A stretch of DNA of 64,000 bases from Octopus vulgaris (lineage: Eukaryota), in contig OX597830.1 of assembly GCA_951406725.2 (NCBI GenBank), positions 52,762,001-52,826,000 on the forward strand. The letters are read 5' to 3'. Under the pieces are notes generated by a model, which was not told the DNA's origin, ran no database searches, and saw nothing but the letters and a program-made list of their open reading frames with translations. A program made the translations under genes and the position numbers. Positions 25,990 to 38,674 of the stretch are shown in pieces. Within the stretch, counting starts at the first letter, position 1. Every line of letters begins with the position of its first letter.

Positions 25990-28628
25990 TAGATATACAT
26001 GCACATATATATATATATACACACATATATATATAAAAACTTGGCTGATGACCCTCTGCACCTGCAGGTGAATCTTAAAGTAGGAAGAGACTGAGTCAAC
26101 CAAAATAACAAAATATTATCAATCTCTACTGTGGTACTGAGTACTTTTTCTTTTGTCACCATCATCATCCATTACATCCGTTTCCAACAGTCAACACTAC
26201 ACAAACATACACATACACAAATGCATATATATGTACACACTACACACACACGTGCACGCATGCATGTGTGCATCTCCAACATTTCTAGATGAATTAACAA
26301 GCTAAGAAACGATACGTATGTTTCTTTCTTACCTGACGACCACTGTGTAAGGCTTGTGAGCAAGTCGATCAACCTCTTCAATTGATATTTGATCAATTTT
26401 GTTATAGACCTGTCAAATATTATTCACAAGAAACATTAAAACAGAGTGTTGCATGTATGTACATACCTACGTATGTATGTGTGTGTGTGTGATTTGTATA
26501 CATTTTACCTTGCATATATACAGATGTTCATAGGCATGAATGTGTATTGTATATGTACATTTTACCCTGACTACTATATAATGCATAAACAGAGCCTGGA
26601 AGATTGCTTTAACCCTTTCGTTACTGTATTTATTTTGAGATGCTCTGTGTTTTTTTCAATTATTTTAAATATAACAAAGAATTTAGTAAAATAACTTCGT
26701 TATCATTAAGCTAGTGTTAGGAACATAAATTTTAACTAAGATTTGGTGGAAGATTTGAATTAAAAAATTATGAAAACAAGACATTTATACTAAAGAGCCA
26801 GAGCCGGTTTTAGCCGGGTTGGTAACGAAAGGGTTAAGAGACATGGTGTATTTTATAAACATGCCTGTTCAAGTATCATAATGGCATGAAACTATTAGCA
26901 ACTCTTTCAGTTGTGTATATAATTTCATATGTGTGTGTGTGTATGCATCGCACCTGCATACATCTGCCCTGGCTATTCTATCCCTCATACATAATCACAC
27001 ATATATGAGAGAGAGGGAGGTTAGCAAGGAAATAAGATGTTTTGGTTCTTGTGTTTTGTCAGATCGTTAGTAACTGGTTTCAATTTGGTTAACACTATTT
27101 ATTCAACTTCAAAAAACCAGATGTCATCATCACGTGTGTGTGTACAGGATATTTTGAAGTGGTTAAAAGTGGTGTCCCATTGCAATCCTGTTGAAAAAAG
27201 TACTTATCATATTCATAGAGTTCTCTCTCTCTCTTTCTCTCTGTTTTTACGTGCTCATATACACACAGATCTCTATGAATATGATAAAAACTTTTCTCAA
27301 CAGGATTGCAGTGGGACACCATTTTTAACCACTTCAAACTGAGAAAATAATCCACTGTTAGAGGAAACAAATGGATCATAGAAAGTCCACAAGTGTCTAG
27401 TTAAGGATGGAAGAGATAAGCAGAGATATCAAAGACATCAGAAGTGAGAAGAGCTAAGAGGGCTGAGCAGAGCTATGGAAATATGTTAACAGAGCAGCTC
27501 GTTAATTCTTGTTAACGAGTGAAAACTGAGAACAGCAGCAAAAAAAAAGTTTGGGTAATTTTGTTCTGATTCCATTTGCTCCAACAGATTTGTGAACTGA
27601 TAAAATTTGAGCAAGAAAAGTCAAAACAAGAGTTGTATTTTACTTCAGTATCGGAATAGATAAGATGATCGTGGTTGGAACACTTGATTGCAGGTGTCTA
27701 TTGGATTGGGGTTGACCTGGAGCTAAACTTGGTTACGAAAACAAAAACAATTAAAAATCCAAAGGTCATTAACCAATGTAAACAAAGTTGTTGACATTTT
27801 ATTTCCATTAGTTCATCAAACGAGAAACAGCTGCAACAGCAAATGACCTTTGCCCTGGATGGAGTGCAGCTGGATTATACACAGGACCTTCCAGTTGCCG
27901 GAACTTCTTGACTATTCAACCATACTGCACTTGCAACTACTAATATTATATAGTTTTAAAAGGAAAATGAAATTCTCCTAAATGATTAATGAAATTCTAT
28001 CTGAAAATTCCTGTCCACACCCAGCTCATTCAGGAGAAAATAAACCTATAGTTTGTGCAAGTGCTTAGAATGTATTCTCTACTCTGTGTGTGTGTGTGTG
28101 TGGAACACATATACTTACATACAAACACGGCATATATATACGGTTTCCTAGGATGACATCAACTAATTCATCTGAATTACAATCTTCTCTGAAGAGAACT
28201 TCACAATTAAATATTTCTGGAATGTTGTTAAGGAAGGAAAGAAATAAGTTGAACATTAAGGGATTAGGAGAGCCAATTATGATATATGTTGGTTACTTGA
28301 TGGTAAGGTAAGAAAGAGATATGGTAGAAAAATATAATGGAATGAAATAATATAGTGGTCATATGAAGGCATGATCACACCTCCCCCTTCTCTCTCTCTA
28401 GAGAGAGAGATACATGCATACATACATATATACATACATGAGAGATCACTAACCACTACACATTCTTTATTTTCTCTCCTTGTTTCTTTCTGTGGAAGAG
28501 CATAGGCTCAAAACGTTAAAAACTTTGTTCACTTCCCGAATGTTAAACTAATACATCTGTTTGCTGTCTACACCACCTGTCTTTGTCTTTTGTTTTTTTG
28601 TGAATTCTCCTAATATATACATACTAGT

Positions 28629-28679
<51 letters not shown>

Positions 28680-31600
28680 TATACACACACACACATATAG
28701 AGAGAGTGAGAGAGAGTCATACACATACAAACATACATACATGCACACACATCTGACTACATAGTTACAAGATGTTATCACAAGGCAATGACTATATGTA
28801 AATACCAAGACCATTTCATGGAATTGGTATGATGGCATGAACATAGTTCTATAGTCACTAGTTGATACGGTAAAAAAATCATTTAGACATCATATGAAGG
28901 AATGATCATACAACATGATATGATGATATAAGACCCTCAAAATAACATACAATACAATATAAAACGTCTGGAATACCCTTTTGCCAACGTTTTTCCTGCA
29001 ATCAACACCACCAATCTACAAATACCTCCTAGATTAATGGATACTCTCCCTTCTTCTTGTCTAAAACCATAAAAATATACACTAGCGGACAGGGAGAGCA
29101 AAACTTCAACTTTTCCTTTTATTTTTTTTTTTGCCTACAAGACCCAGTAAGGGAAGGAGCAACTCTATTTATACTGGCTCCAGTGCTGGACTGGTGCTTA
29201 TTCCATCGAACCTGGAAGGGTGAAGAGCAAAGTTGACCTCATTGGTATTTAAACTCAGACCTGGAAGAAATGCCGCTAAGCATTTTGTCAGATGTGTGAA
29301 CAGTTCTGCAAACTCACCAAATAAAACCTAATCGTAAAATATAATTTGGATAATCTTATTGGAGTTACCTCCCCTTCTTATATTTTTAAATCACTCACAG
29401 GGGGAGTTTTCATCAACCAAGTGCACTAATAATTACAGTTAATTGAAGTTTTACAACTCACTATAATACATGAGACAGACTAACGTATATTTGTATATTT
29501 TTGATCATATCACCCCCTATTCCTCCTCTCCTTATCCCCCAGTGAGATTTATTTAGTATTCAGAAACCCTTCTTTTCAATGAGGTTACATAATGTGGGAA
29601 TAAAGACCCCCACATGCTGCTGGGACCATTTCACTAAACCTCAAATACTTCTTAAATCCAAGAAAACTAAAAATGTTGTTTATAAGGAAGTTTTGTAGAC
29701 TTGCTGTACTGACACCCTATTTCAGTCCTACGTTATTGCTATAATTTTTGTTGCTTTATTTTTTCACTTGATTGTTATCATAATATTACACATGCAGTTC
29801 CCATTAAGAGTTACTTAGGTGTTAGTCTTGCCATAAAGTGTGAAAGGTGTTTAAGGGAGTGGAGTGTTAATCGCTTTATTAGTTTCAGAGCTTTTTCGAA
29901 CTAACGAACCCAGGCAACGCCGGGTACGCCTGCTAGTAAAAATAATAGAAGAATATCATAATAAACTTGAGATCATTAATTAAAGAGCATCAGAAGTAAC
30001 ATTTTTTTTTCCCGATAATGTATTTCAAAAAAGGATACTATATTCATGCAAAATTAACTGCACCATTTTTTCGTTGATTTTTGTTAGAGGCACTGTAGAG
30101 TTGAAAGAAATACCACCACCTTTCTTTTGCTGAAAATATAACAGAAGATAAGATTTAGTAAACCGTCATCGTCTTAACATCTCCACTTTTCCGTTTTAAC
30201 ATGGATCAGACAGATTTCGGTGAGGCAGATTTTCTATGGCCAGATAACCTTCCTGTCATCAATATTCACTTATTTCCTCGCTCAAACATGTACTTACAGA
30301 AGACTGAAAACAAAGGCAACCACTTGTATGATGGCAGCACTTGTTTACAACTATCACATGAAGTCAAAACAAGAGACATAACACAAACATATGAGGTCTG
30401 ATCAATAAGTATCCAGACTGTTGCCATAGTAACAAAGTTAAAGCATGCGGTATGAAGCTGCTTGGCACAGATTGAATTTGAACTCTGCTGTGCATGCGCA
30501 CTAAGTTTTAACATTCTAGCGCACTTCTGCTGTTTACAGCAGTACTTGGAAGGAAGATGTGTAGCATGTGATCGTTGTATTGATCACAACAGAGAAAGTT
30601 GTCATGGTGATGCCTGTTCAGAGGCCTACACAGAGTTGCAGAAAGTGTATGGGTTGCACACAAGCGTACAAGTGGTTCAGATGTTTCCAAGATGGCCAAA
30701 AAAATGTTGATATTGTCAAACATTCTCAGAGACCCACAACCAGCAGAACTGAGAAAAACATCACTGATGTGCGTGCAGCTGTGAGAAGAAATCATTGAAT
30801 CACCATCCGTGAGTTATCAGAGGATGTGCAGCTTAGTTATAGTTCAGTTCAGTCCATTATCACTGAAGATTTAGGTACGAGATGCATGTCTGCCAAGTTT
30901 GTGCCAAAACTGCTTTCAGCTGACCAAAAATATACTTGGGTTTCAGTTACACAAGATCTTGATTGTGTCAAGAATGATGAAAACTCTTTGAAAACTTTGT
31001 ATAGGCCTCTGAGCAGGTATCACCAAGCTATTGGCAAAATTTGATGCAGATTCTCTGCTCAGCTTTCTATGTCATTGTCAAAGCAACAATCGCACACTAC
31101 ACACCTTCCTTTCAAGCATTGCTGTAAGCAACAGAAGTGAGCTAGAATGTTATAACTTAGTGCCCATGCACAGCAGTGTTCAAGATCAATCTGTGCCAAG
31201 CAGCTTCACTCTCCATGCTTTAGCTTCATTACTATAGCAACAGTCCTTATGCTTATCGATCAGACCGCATACATATCCATATCATCATCATCCTCATCAT
31301 TTAATGTTCGTTTTTCCATGCTGGTATGGGTTGGACAGCTTGCCAGGTGCTGGTAAGCCGAAAAGCTGTACTAGACTCTAGTCGTCTGTTTGACAGGGTT
31401 TCTATAGCTGGATGCCCTTCCTAATGCCAACTACTTTACAGAGTGTATTGGGTGCTATTAAGTAGCACCAGCAGGGGTACTTTTCATGTGGAACATGTGT
31501 TTCTTTTAAAAACTGGAACAGGTGTTTTTTACATGACACCTAGTACCAGCACAGGTGCTTTTTACATGTCACCAACATCAGTGAGGTTGCCAAATAACTT

Positions 31601-31772
31601 GCAAGGCAAAGACCTCTTAGTTGAGAAGTGGAATGGAACCAAGAAAAGTGGCTGTGCCAGGTGAAAGGTTAGCATATAATAGAGGGACAGGGATAGTTGT
31701 TTTACTTTAGAGGAGATACTTGGCCAACCCAGTAGGACAAAGAAGACAGGTGGGAGAAAGACAGTCAGAGTG

Positions 31773-31803
<31 letters not shown>

Positions 31804-34800
31804 AATTTAAAAGAGTATCCAACCTTAAAAACCATGCCAAAATAGACGGTGGAGCTTATAATAATAATAAACATTGTGTACAGTGCTCAGGTGCACTACA
31901 ACTCATCGAAAGCGTATATATAATCAGGTGTAGTTTCGACGGATTTCGGAAAGCATGAGGGCCTTAAAGGATGAAGTGTCATGGCAGTCAACAACTGACG
32001 CAGGCAGTTTATTCCATGCTTCAGCAACTCTGAGTGTGAAGAAATGCTTCCGAAAGTCATGGGAGCTGTGTTGTTTTCTGACTTTGTAGGCATGTCCACG
32101 TGTGTTAGACACATGGAGATCGCAGTTCTCTAGCTTGCCAGCTCCTGTTAAACCCATGCTAGCATGGAAAACAGACTTTAAATGATGATGATGACAATAT
32201 ATATATAATTGAGATTCAGATGAATTAGGTACTTAAGTTGAGGCACCAAAAATTAGTGCGGAATTATCAGTACAGTTTCAAAAAAGGTGAATAAAATCAA
32301 AATAAGCAACAGGATATCCAGAGGTGATGCAGTACGATCGTTTCAAGTGACTCCATTTAATAGAACAATGCAATCATTACATCAATTTAAAAGCAGAGCT
32401 ATCCTCAGCTGCATAAATAAATAAAATAAATAGAATTTATTTAATCAGTCGGATACATTTGTATAATTTTACCTAAATGATCTAAGAGGGTAAGAAGACA
32501 GACAAAGTCCATGCTGTATTCACTTCAGCTTAGAAGCTAATAAGGCTTCAGGAAAAACCTGTTAGAGTCCTAGCTTATCAATGATTTTTGGGTTGGCTTT
32601 AATTTATAGTGTTGTTTATCAAATCTTTGTATATCAAAATCTAAGACCAAAGAGCATTGTCTGATTAGGAAAGGGCCTGAGAGAGTTGAAAGAATCGTAG
32701 AGGTGCGGGAGTGGCTGTGTGGTAAGTAGCTTGCTAACCAACCACATGGTTCTGGGTTCAGTCCCACTGCGTGACATCTTGGGCAAGTGTCTTCTGCTAT
32801 AGCCCCGGGCTGACCAATGCCTTGTGAGTGGATTTGGTAGATGGAAACTGAAAGAAGCCCGTCGTATATATGTATATATGTGTGTGTTTGTGTGTCTGTG
32901 TTTGTCCCCCTAGCATTGCTTGACAACCGATGCTGGTATGTTTACGTTCCCCGTCACTTAGCGGTTCAGCAAAAGAGACCGATAGAATAAGTACTGGGCT
33001 TACAAAGAATAGGTCCCGGGGTCGATTTGCTCGACTAAAGGCAGTGCTCCAGCATGGCCGCAGTCAAATGACTGAAACAAGTAAAAGAGTAAAAGAGGGT
33101 ATAGGCATAAAACTTATCAAGATTAGTTTGAAGTAATCTATCAGCAAACCGTAGCTCTTCTATTATGATATTAACGAGTCTTTCAAGAAATACTAAAGAA
33201 ACAAAGAATTCAGCACATCAACAGAGAAAATGGTAATGTGGCACTTACTTTGAAATATATATTAGGTTTCTTTCGGTTCAATCGGATTCCTACAGACTCA
33301 AGTTCATTTTCTAGAAGTTCCCTGCATAAAAACAAACGAACGTATACATGAAAAAGGAGTCATTATAAACAGTGGAGGAAGAGGTGGAAGGAAACAAAGA
33401 GGAGGGTGGGATGAGGAGGAGGGTGGGATGAGGAGGAGGGTGGGATGAGGAGGAGGGTGGCAATAATGATGGTGATGACAATGAGGAAGATGATGATGCT
33501 GTTTTCACATACATTTCACATATTTATTTTTGCATCATTTGTTACAAAAAACAAACATATGGCACTGAAAACATGTAGTGTTTCTATCTTCATATTTACA
33601 TGTATAATCAATATTTAGTCGTGTCAAAGGATCAATGAAAAGATGGCAGTTCATACATGGTCCATGTGAAAAGAGTCAATGAAAAGCTGACATTTCAGGT
33701 CTGCTGTGTGGTGCTATGTGGGTTAATAGTGAAACAGCACCAAGAGATGTACATATATTAACATACATATAGACACATATGCATATTATAGGTAGTAATA
33801 TGACAAGACAAGGGGATAAAATAGCAAAGAAGATATGAAGATAAAGCAAAATGAATCTTGTTAAAGTTTTAATGCTAAACCATCCATGTGAAGGTGAGAA
33901 GAGAGCAAACATATACAGGAGATAAGAAGGATGATAGATAGCTCACATGTGTATATGTTGTATTGATTGTGTAGGTCGTTTGGTCAGTTGCTTGCTTGAT
34001 GGATGGATGGATGGATGGTGTGTCTATGTAAAGGTTATTCTGGAAAAAATTGTCTATCTTCTATTTATCCCTCCCTCACACTTCTCTCTCTGTATGTGTC
34101 TACCTGCCTCTATCTCACCTCTTTATATGTACAATTTAACATTAAAACTTGCTTTGTCACAAACACCTAACACACACAATACAAACATGTTATTCGAAGT
34201 ATTGGTTTCAAAGTGTGGCACATGGCCAGCAATTTCGAGGGAGGAGTAAATCAATTATATTGATCCCCATGTTCCCTTGGTACTTATTTTATCAACTCCG
34301 AAAGGATGAAAGGTAAAGTCAACCTTGGTGGAATTTGAACTCAGATCATGAAGACAGACAAAATGCTGCTTAGCATTTTGCCCACATGCTAACAATTCTG
34401 CCAACTCACTGCTTTATGTTGTTAGAAATATACCAACAAATTACACACACATATAATTTTTACCTTTGAATATCTCCTTTTGTAGCATCCAGCATTATGA
34501 CAACAAGATCTGCTGTCCTTGCAACAGCAATTACCTGTCGACCTCGACCTCTACCTGCATAGGTGACACACAAAAAGAAACAAAAATAATGAATTAATTT
34601 ACAAAAAAAAAACTATTAAAAACTAATTTACACACACACAAAAACAAACACATATAGAGGTCATGAAAATATAACATTATAGTTAATTACTGATTGATTG
34701 ATACTTTTGTTGATTAGAAATAACCAAATGCTGGAAACAAGATATTTTTCCGTAGCTAATGTGTGGCCTTGTATCTGTATAAAGACATCATCATTATGGA

Positions 34801-35153
34801 CAGAGCCAAAGGTCAGCTCAAATATTATTTCAGTTAGAAGTAAAAACCCCTAAGGAGCAGGCATAGCATAAGGGTCAAAAAGTTTGCTAAACATTCACAT
34901 GAGTACTTCCTGGACTTCAAACAAATGTCAATTGTAGCCTTGAACCAACCCAATCCTTTTAAAGTGAAATTTCATAAACAGGAAGTGTGTGGGAGGTCAC
35001 ACGGACTGTAGCTGTTCTTATCTGATAGATTTAATCATTACTTGGTTTAACTATTACACGATCCTAGGTTGTCTTTAACAGAACCCACTCTGTTGAAAGC
35101 ATTTTAACAAGACCTCTAGACAGGGGATATCAAGATCTTTCTCCCACCTGTCT

Positions 35154-35188
<35 letters not shown>

Positions 35189-38100
35189 CACGTGCACTGG
35201 TCTCTCTTCCCTGAATAAACCATGAAAAATATCAATTATCTCTCTCCTACTGATTCTATCAATTCTACCAGCCCTGCCACTGCAAGCTTAAAATCAGTGG
35301 CTAACCTCAATCAAACCAATTCCGAGTCAAAACAAAAATTTCTACACCCTCTCACAGACCAGAATTTCTCTAGTAGTACCACAACTGATTACAAAGATGT
35401 GACAACATACCAGCATATCCTCTCACAGACCACATTTTTTTCTAGTGGTGCCACAAATGGTCAAGCAAACATAGCAACAAAACAACAACTTACCTTGTGC
35501 AGCTCCTTCAATAATACCAGGTAAATCTAAAAGTTGGATATTTGCTCCGTTGTACTGAAAATAAAGAGTTTTACAATTTAATGCACCAACTTAGACATTA
35601 CAGCTTATATTGCTTGAAGTGTGACATTGTGGAAATTTGGCAGGAAAAGAAAAGTACTCAAATGAAGAAGATACAAAGGAATCTCTATAAAGTCATTCGA
35701 CCTGCTAGAAATAGCAGTCAAATCACTCTCAAGTTCAGGTCTATCTTCTTAAATAAGAATGCATTGGATAATGTAGGCCCAGAAATATTGTCTGAATAAC
35801 AGATGTGATGATCATTACTGGAATACCTTTCATTTTAGGGCTGCTGGATTTAGACTCACTTGGGGTTAAACAACAATATATTTGGTTTCAATTCTGTTAA
35901 AACACATTCCATACCTGTGCAGGTGGGACAAGTATTTGTAGCAGAATGACTGTTTTTACACCTGATTGCTGTTCCTACTCCTAATCAATCATCTTTAACC
36001 AGAAAAGGTCGGTGCTGCTCTACACACTGAGGCAAAAAAGGCAACAGCTCAGGACAGCTAAATCTGAGGAGTACCACACAAATACTGAACAACTTATACA
36101 AAGTTTCTTCAGGCATGACTGTGTGGTAAGAAGCTTGCTTTCCAACCACATGGTTCTGGGTTCAGTCCCATTGTGTGGCACTTTAGGAATGTGTCTTCTA
36201 CAATAGCCTTAGGGTGACCAAAGCCTTGTGAGTGGATTTGGTAGATGGAAACTGCAAGAAACACATCATATATATGTATTAAATGATGATGATGATGTGT
36301 GTCTTTGTATCTAAGTTTGTCCCACCACCACCACCACCACCACCCCGCTTGGCAACCAGTGTTGGTGTCTATAAGTCCCTGTAACTTAATGGGTTGGCAA
36401 AAGAGACAAAGATTAAGTACCAGGCTGAAAAAGAATATAAGTACTGGGGGATTGATGCATTTGACTAAAAAAATTCCTCAAGCATGGCCACAGTCTAATG
36501 ACTGAAACAAGCAAAAAGAGAAAATTGTAAACTTAGTAATTAAGAAGGCAGGTAAGGTGGAACCAAGGAAGAAAGAGTAGAAGGTGAGATACAGTGGTGG
36601 GGGTGCAGCAAAGAAAACTAGAGGGCCTTGCTCTGTTATGAGCTTTCACATTATTTGCCATGAACCATTTCAAATTTCATCAGAGAACAGATTTTCTCAT
36701 TGACATGGTGGACTCTCCTAGGTGAGAGTTCCACAACATTTGCTGAACAACTTCCATAGATGATCTGTTTATAGAGATCAAACGTTTGTGTTGCACATTA
36801 GCTTACACCCTCCATCAAATCAGTATAGGTGCATGCTGTGCTACATGCCAGACATCAAGTTATCTCGTTAATATACATGATAATAAAACTATAGAGTTCT
36901 TGTTCACAAGTTAATTATAATTTTCCAACTGCATTTGTAAGTTGGTTTAAAGAGGATGATGGCTGGAGGAATTTGTAGAAAAAATATTGGAAAAGGAGGT
37001 GTACATTTTAGGACCAGCCGAGACCTCTGAATACGTTGGCACCAGACTTGACCATAATCTAGAGCAGTGGTTCTCAACCGGGATCCATATGGCCCTGGGG
37101 GTCCATACAAGTTTTTGCTGTTGAAATTTATCTGTAATAAATTGGTTATATATTTCTACAATACACAAAATATTTTAACAATTTCTTTTTATACAATTTT
37201 TAATAATATTCAATTATAAAAATATATGATTTTTTTTTAAACATTGAATGGCTTTAGGAGTCAAGCCAAATAAAATAAGAATCAAAAGGGTCTACAGGCA
37301 AAAAATGGCTGACAAACACTGATCTAGAGAAATGAAACTCTTTTTATTGTTGGTTACACAAACTAAAATAAGCAGAGATGTGTGTTTTGCTCAAAATACA
37401 ATACAGTGGTTTTTCCACCCAGCACTCATTATCCATATCAGAGGAATGCTTGATCAGCCTGTTGTTTAGCCCTAGGCCAGTTGTGATCTGCAGATCTTCA
37501 CTCAGAGATGCTTTAATTCTGACCTTGTTTTTTCAAAACATAATCCATCTAAGACAGCATTATCTTAAAAATGTTGCAGGCAAGAGAATCAACAGAATGG
37601 ACTAAAATGCATTACAATACATTTGTTGCTAGCCTATTAAGAATCTAAGATATGGTTAAGGGTTCCTAAGAAAGTTACTCAAGTAGACAAACAGTCTTTC
37701 CAACAATCGGAAGGGGCAAGATCTTGCTTGTGTTCTCTGATGTACTAAAACTAGAATCAAATCACTGGAAGGTCTGAGCATTTTGTGAAAAGGCCAGCAC
37801 TGACCAGCATTAATACTGGCTCAACAGGTTGATGTATTATGAGACATTAGTAAAAATGTGCTAAGGAAGGACAGAAATAAACTGACTGTGGGTTGTCAAA
37901 AGATATGTTTAACTTACCTCAATAACACCAGGAATACATGTCAATGTGGTGAATTCATAGGAAGCAGATTCACTGTGGGTTTTGGTTAAGATATTTAGAA
38001 TTGTTGACTGGATGAGAGATTTGAAAAAAAACAAAAAAAATGAATCAAATGCAAGAGTTATCACTGGAAGAACAAACAATAATGTTAATGGTTTCAAATT

Positions 38101-38642
38101 TTTGACAAAGTCAGCAACTTTTTTGGGGAGGGGGGGGATAAATTGATTCCATCAAACCCAGTGTTTGACTAGTATTTATTTCACTGACCCCAAAAGGATG
38201 AAAGCAAAGATGACCTTGGTGGAATTTGAAGTCAGAATGTAGAGACAGGCTAAATGCTGCCGAGAATTCTGTCCAGCATGTTGACAACTCTGGCAGCTGG
38301 CCACCTTAATAACAATAATGATTTCAAATTTTGGCACAAGGCCAGCAATTTCGAGGGAAGGGGATTAAGTCGATCACATCAATCCCAATGTTCAACTGGT
38401 ACTTATTTTATCAACCACAAAAGAATGAAAGGCAAATAATAATAATTATAGTAATAATAATCCTTTCTACTAAAGACACAAGGCCTGAAATTTGGGAGAA
38501 AGGAACTTGTTGATTAATTGATCCCGAAAGGATGACAGGCAAAGTTGATCTCGGCAGAATTTGAACTCAGAACATAAGGACGGGCAAAATGTTGCTAAGC
38601 ATTTTGCCCAGTGTGCCAACAATTCTACCACCTCACTGCATT

Positions 38643-38674
<32 letters not shown>

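Noticed and set aside
35158-35184. Poly(A) run as the tail of a processed pseudogene
   Set aside because: No TSD and no recognisable upstream coding or SINE body.
35222-35524. 100-aa + strand ORF
   Set aside because: It overlaps DRG2 exon 5 antisense and contains a short internal duplication; there is no motif or splice support.
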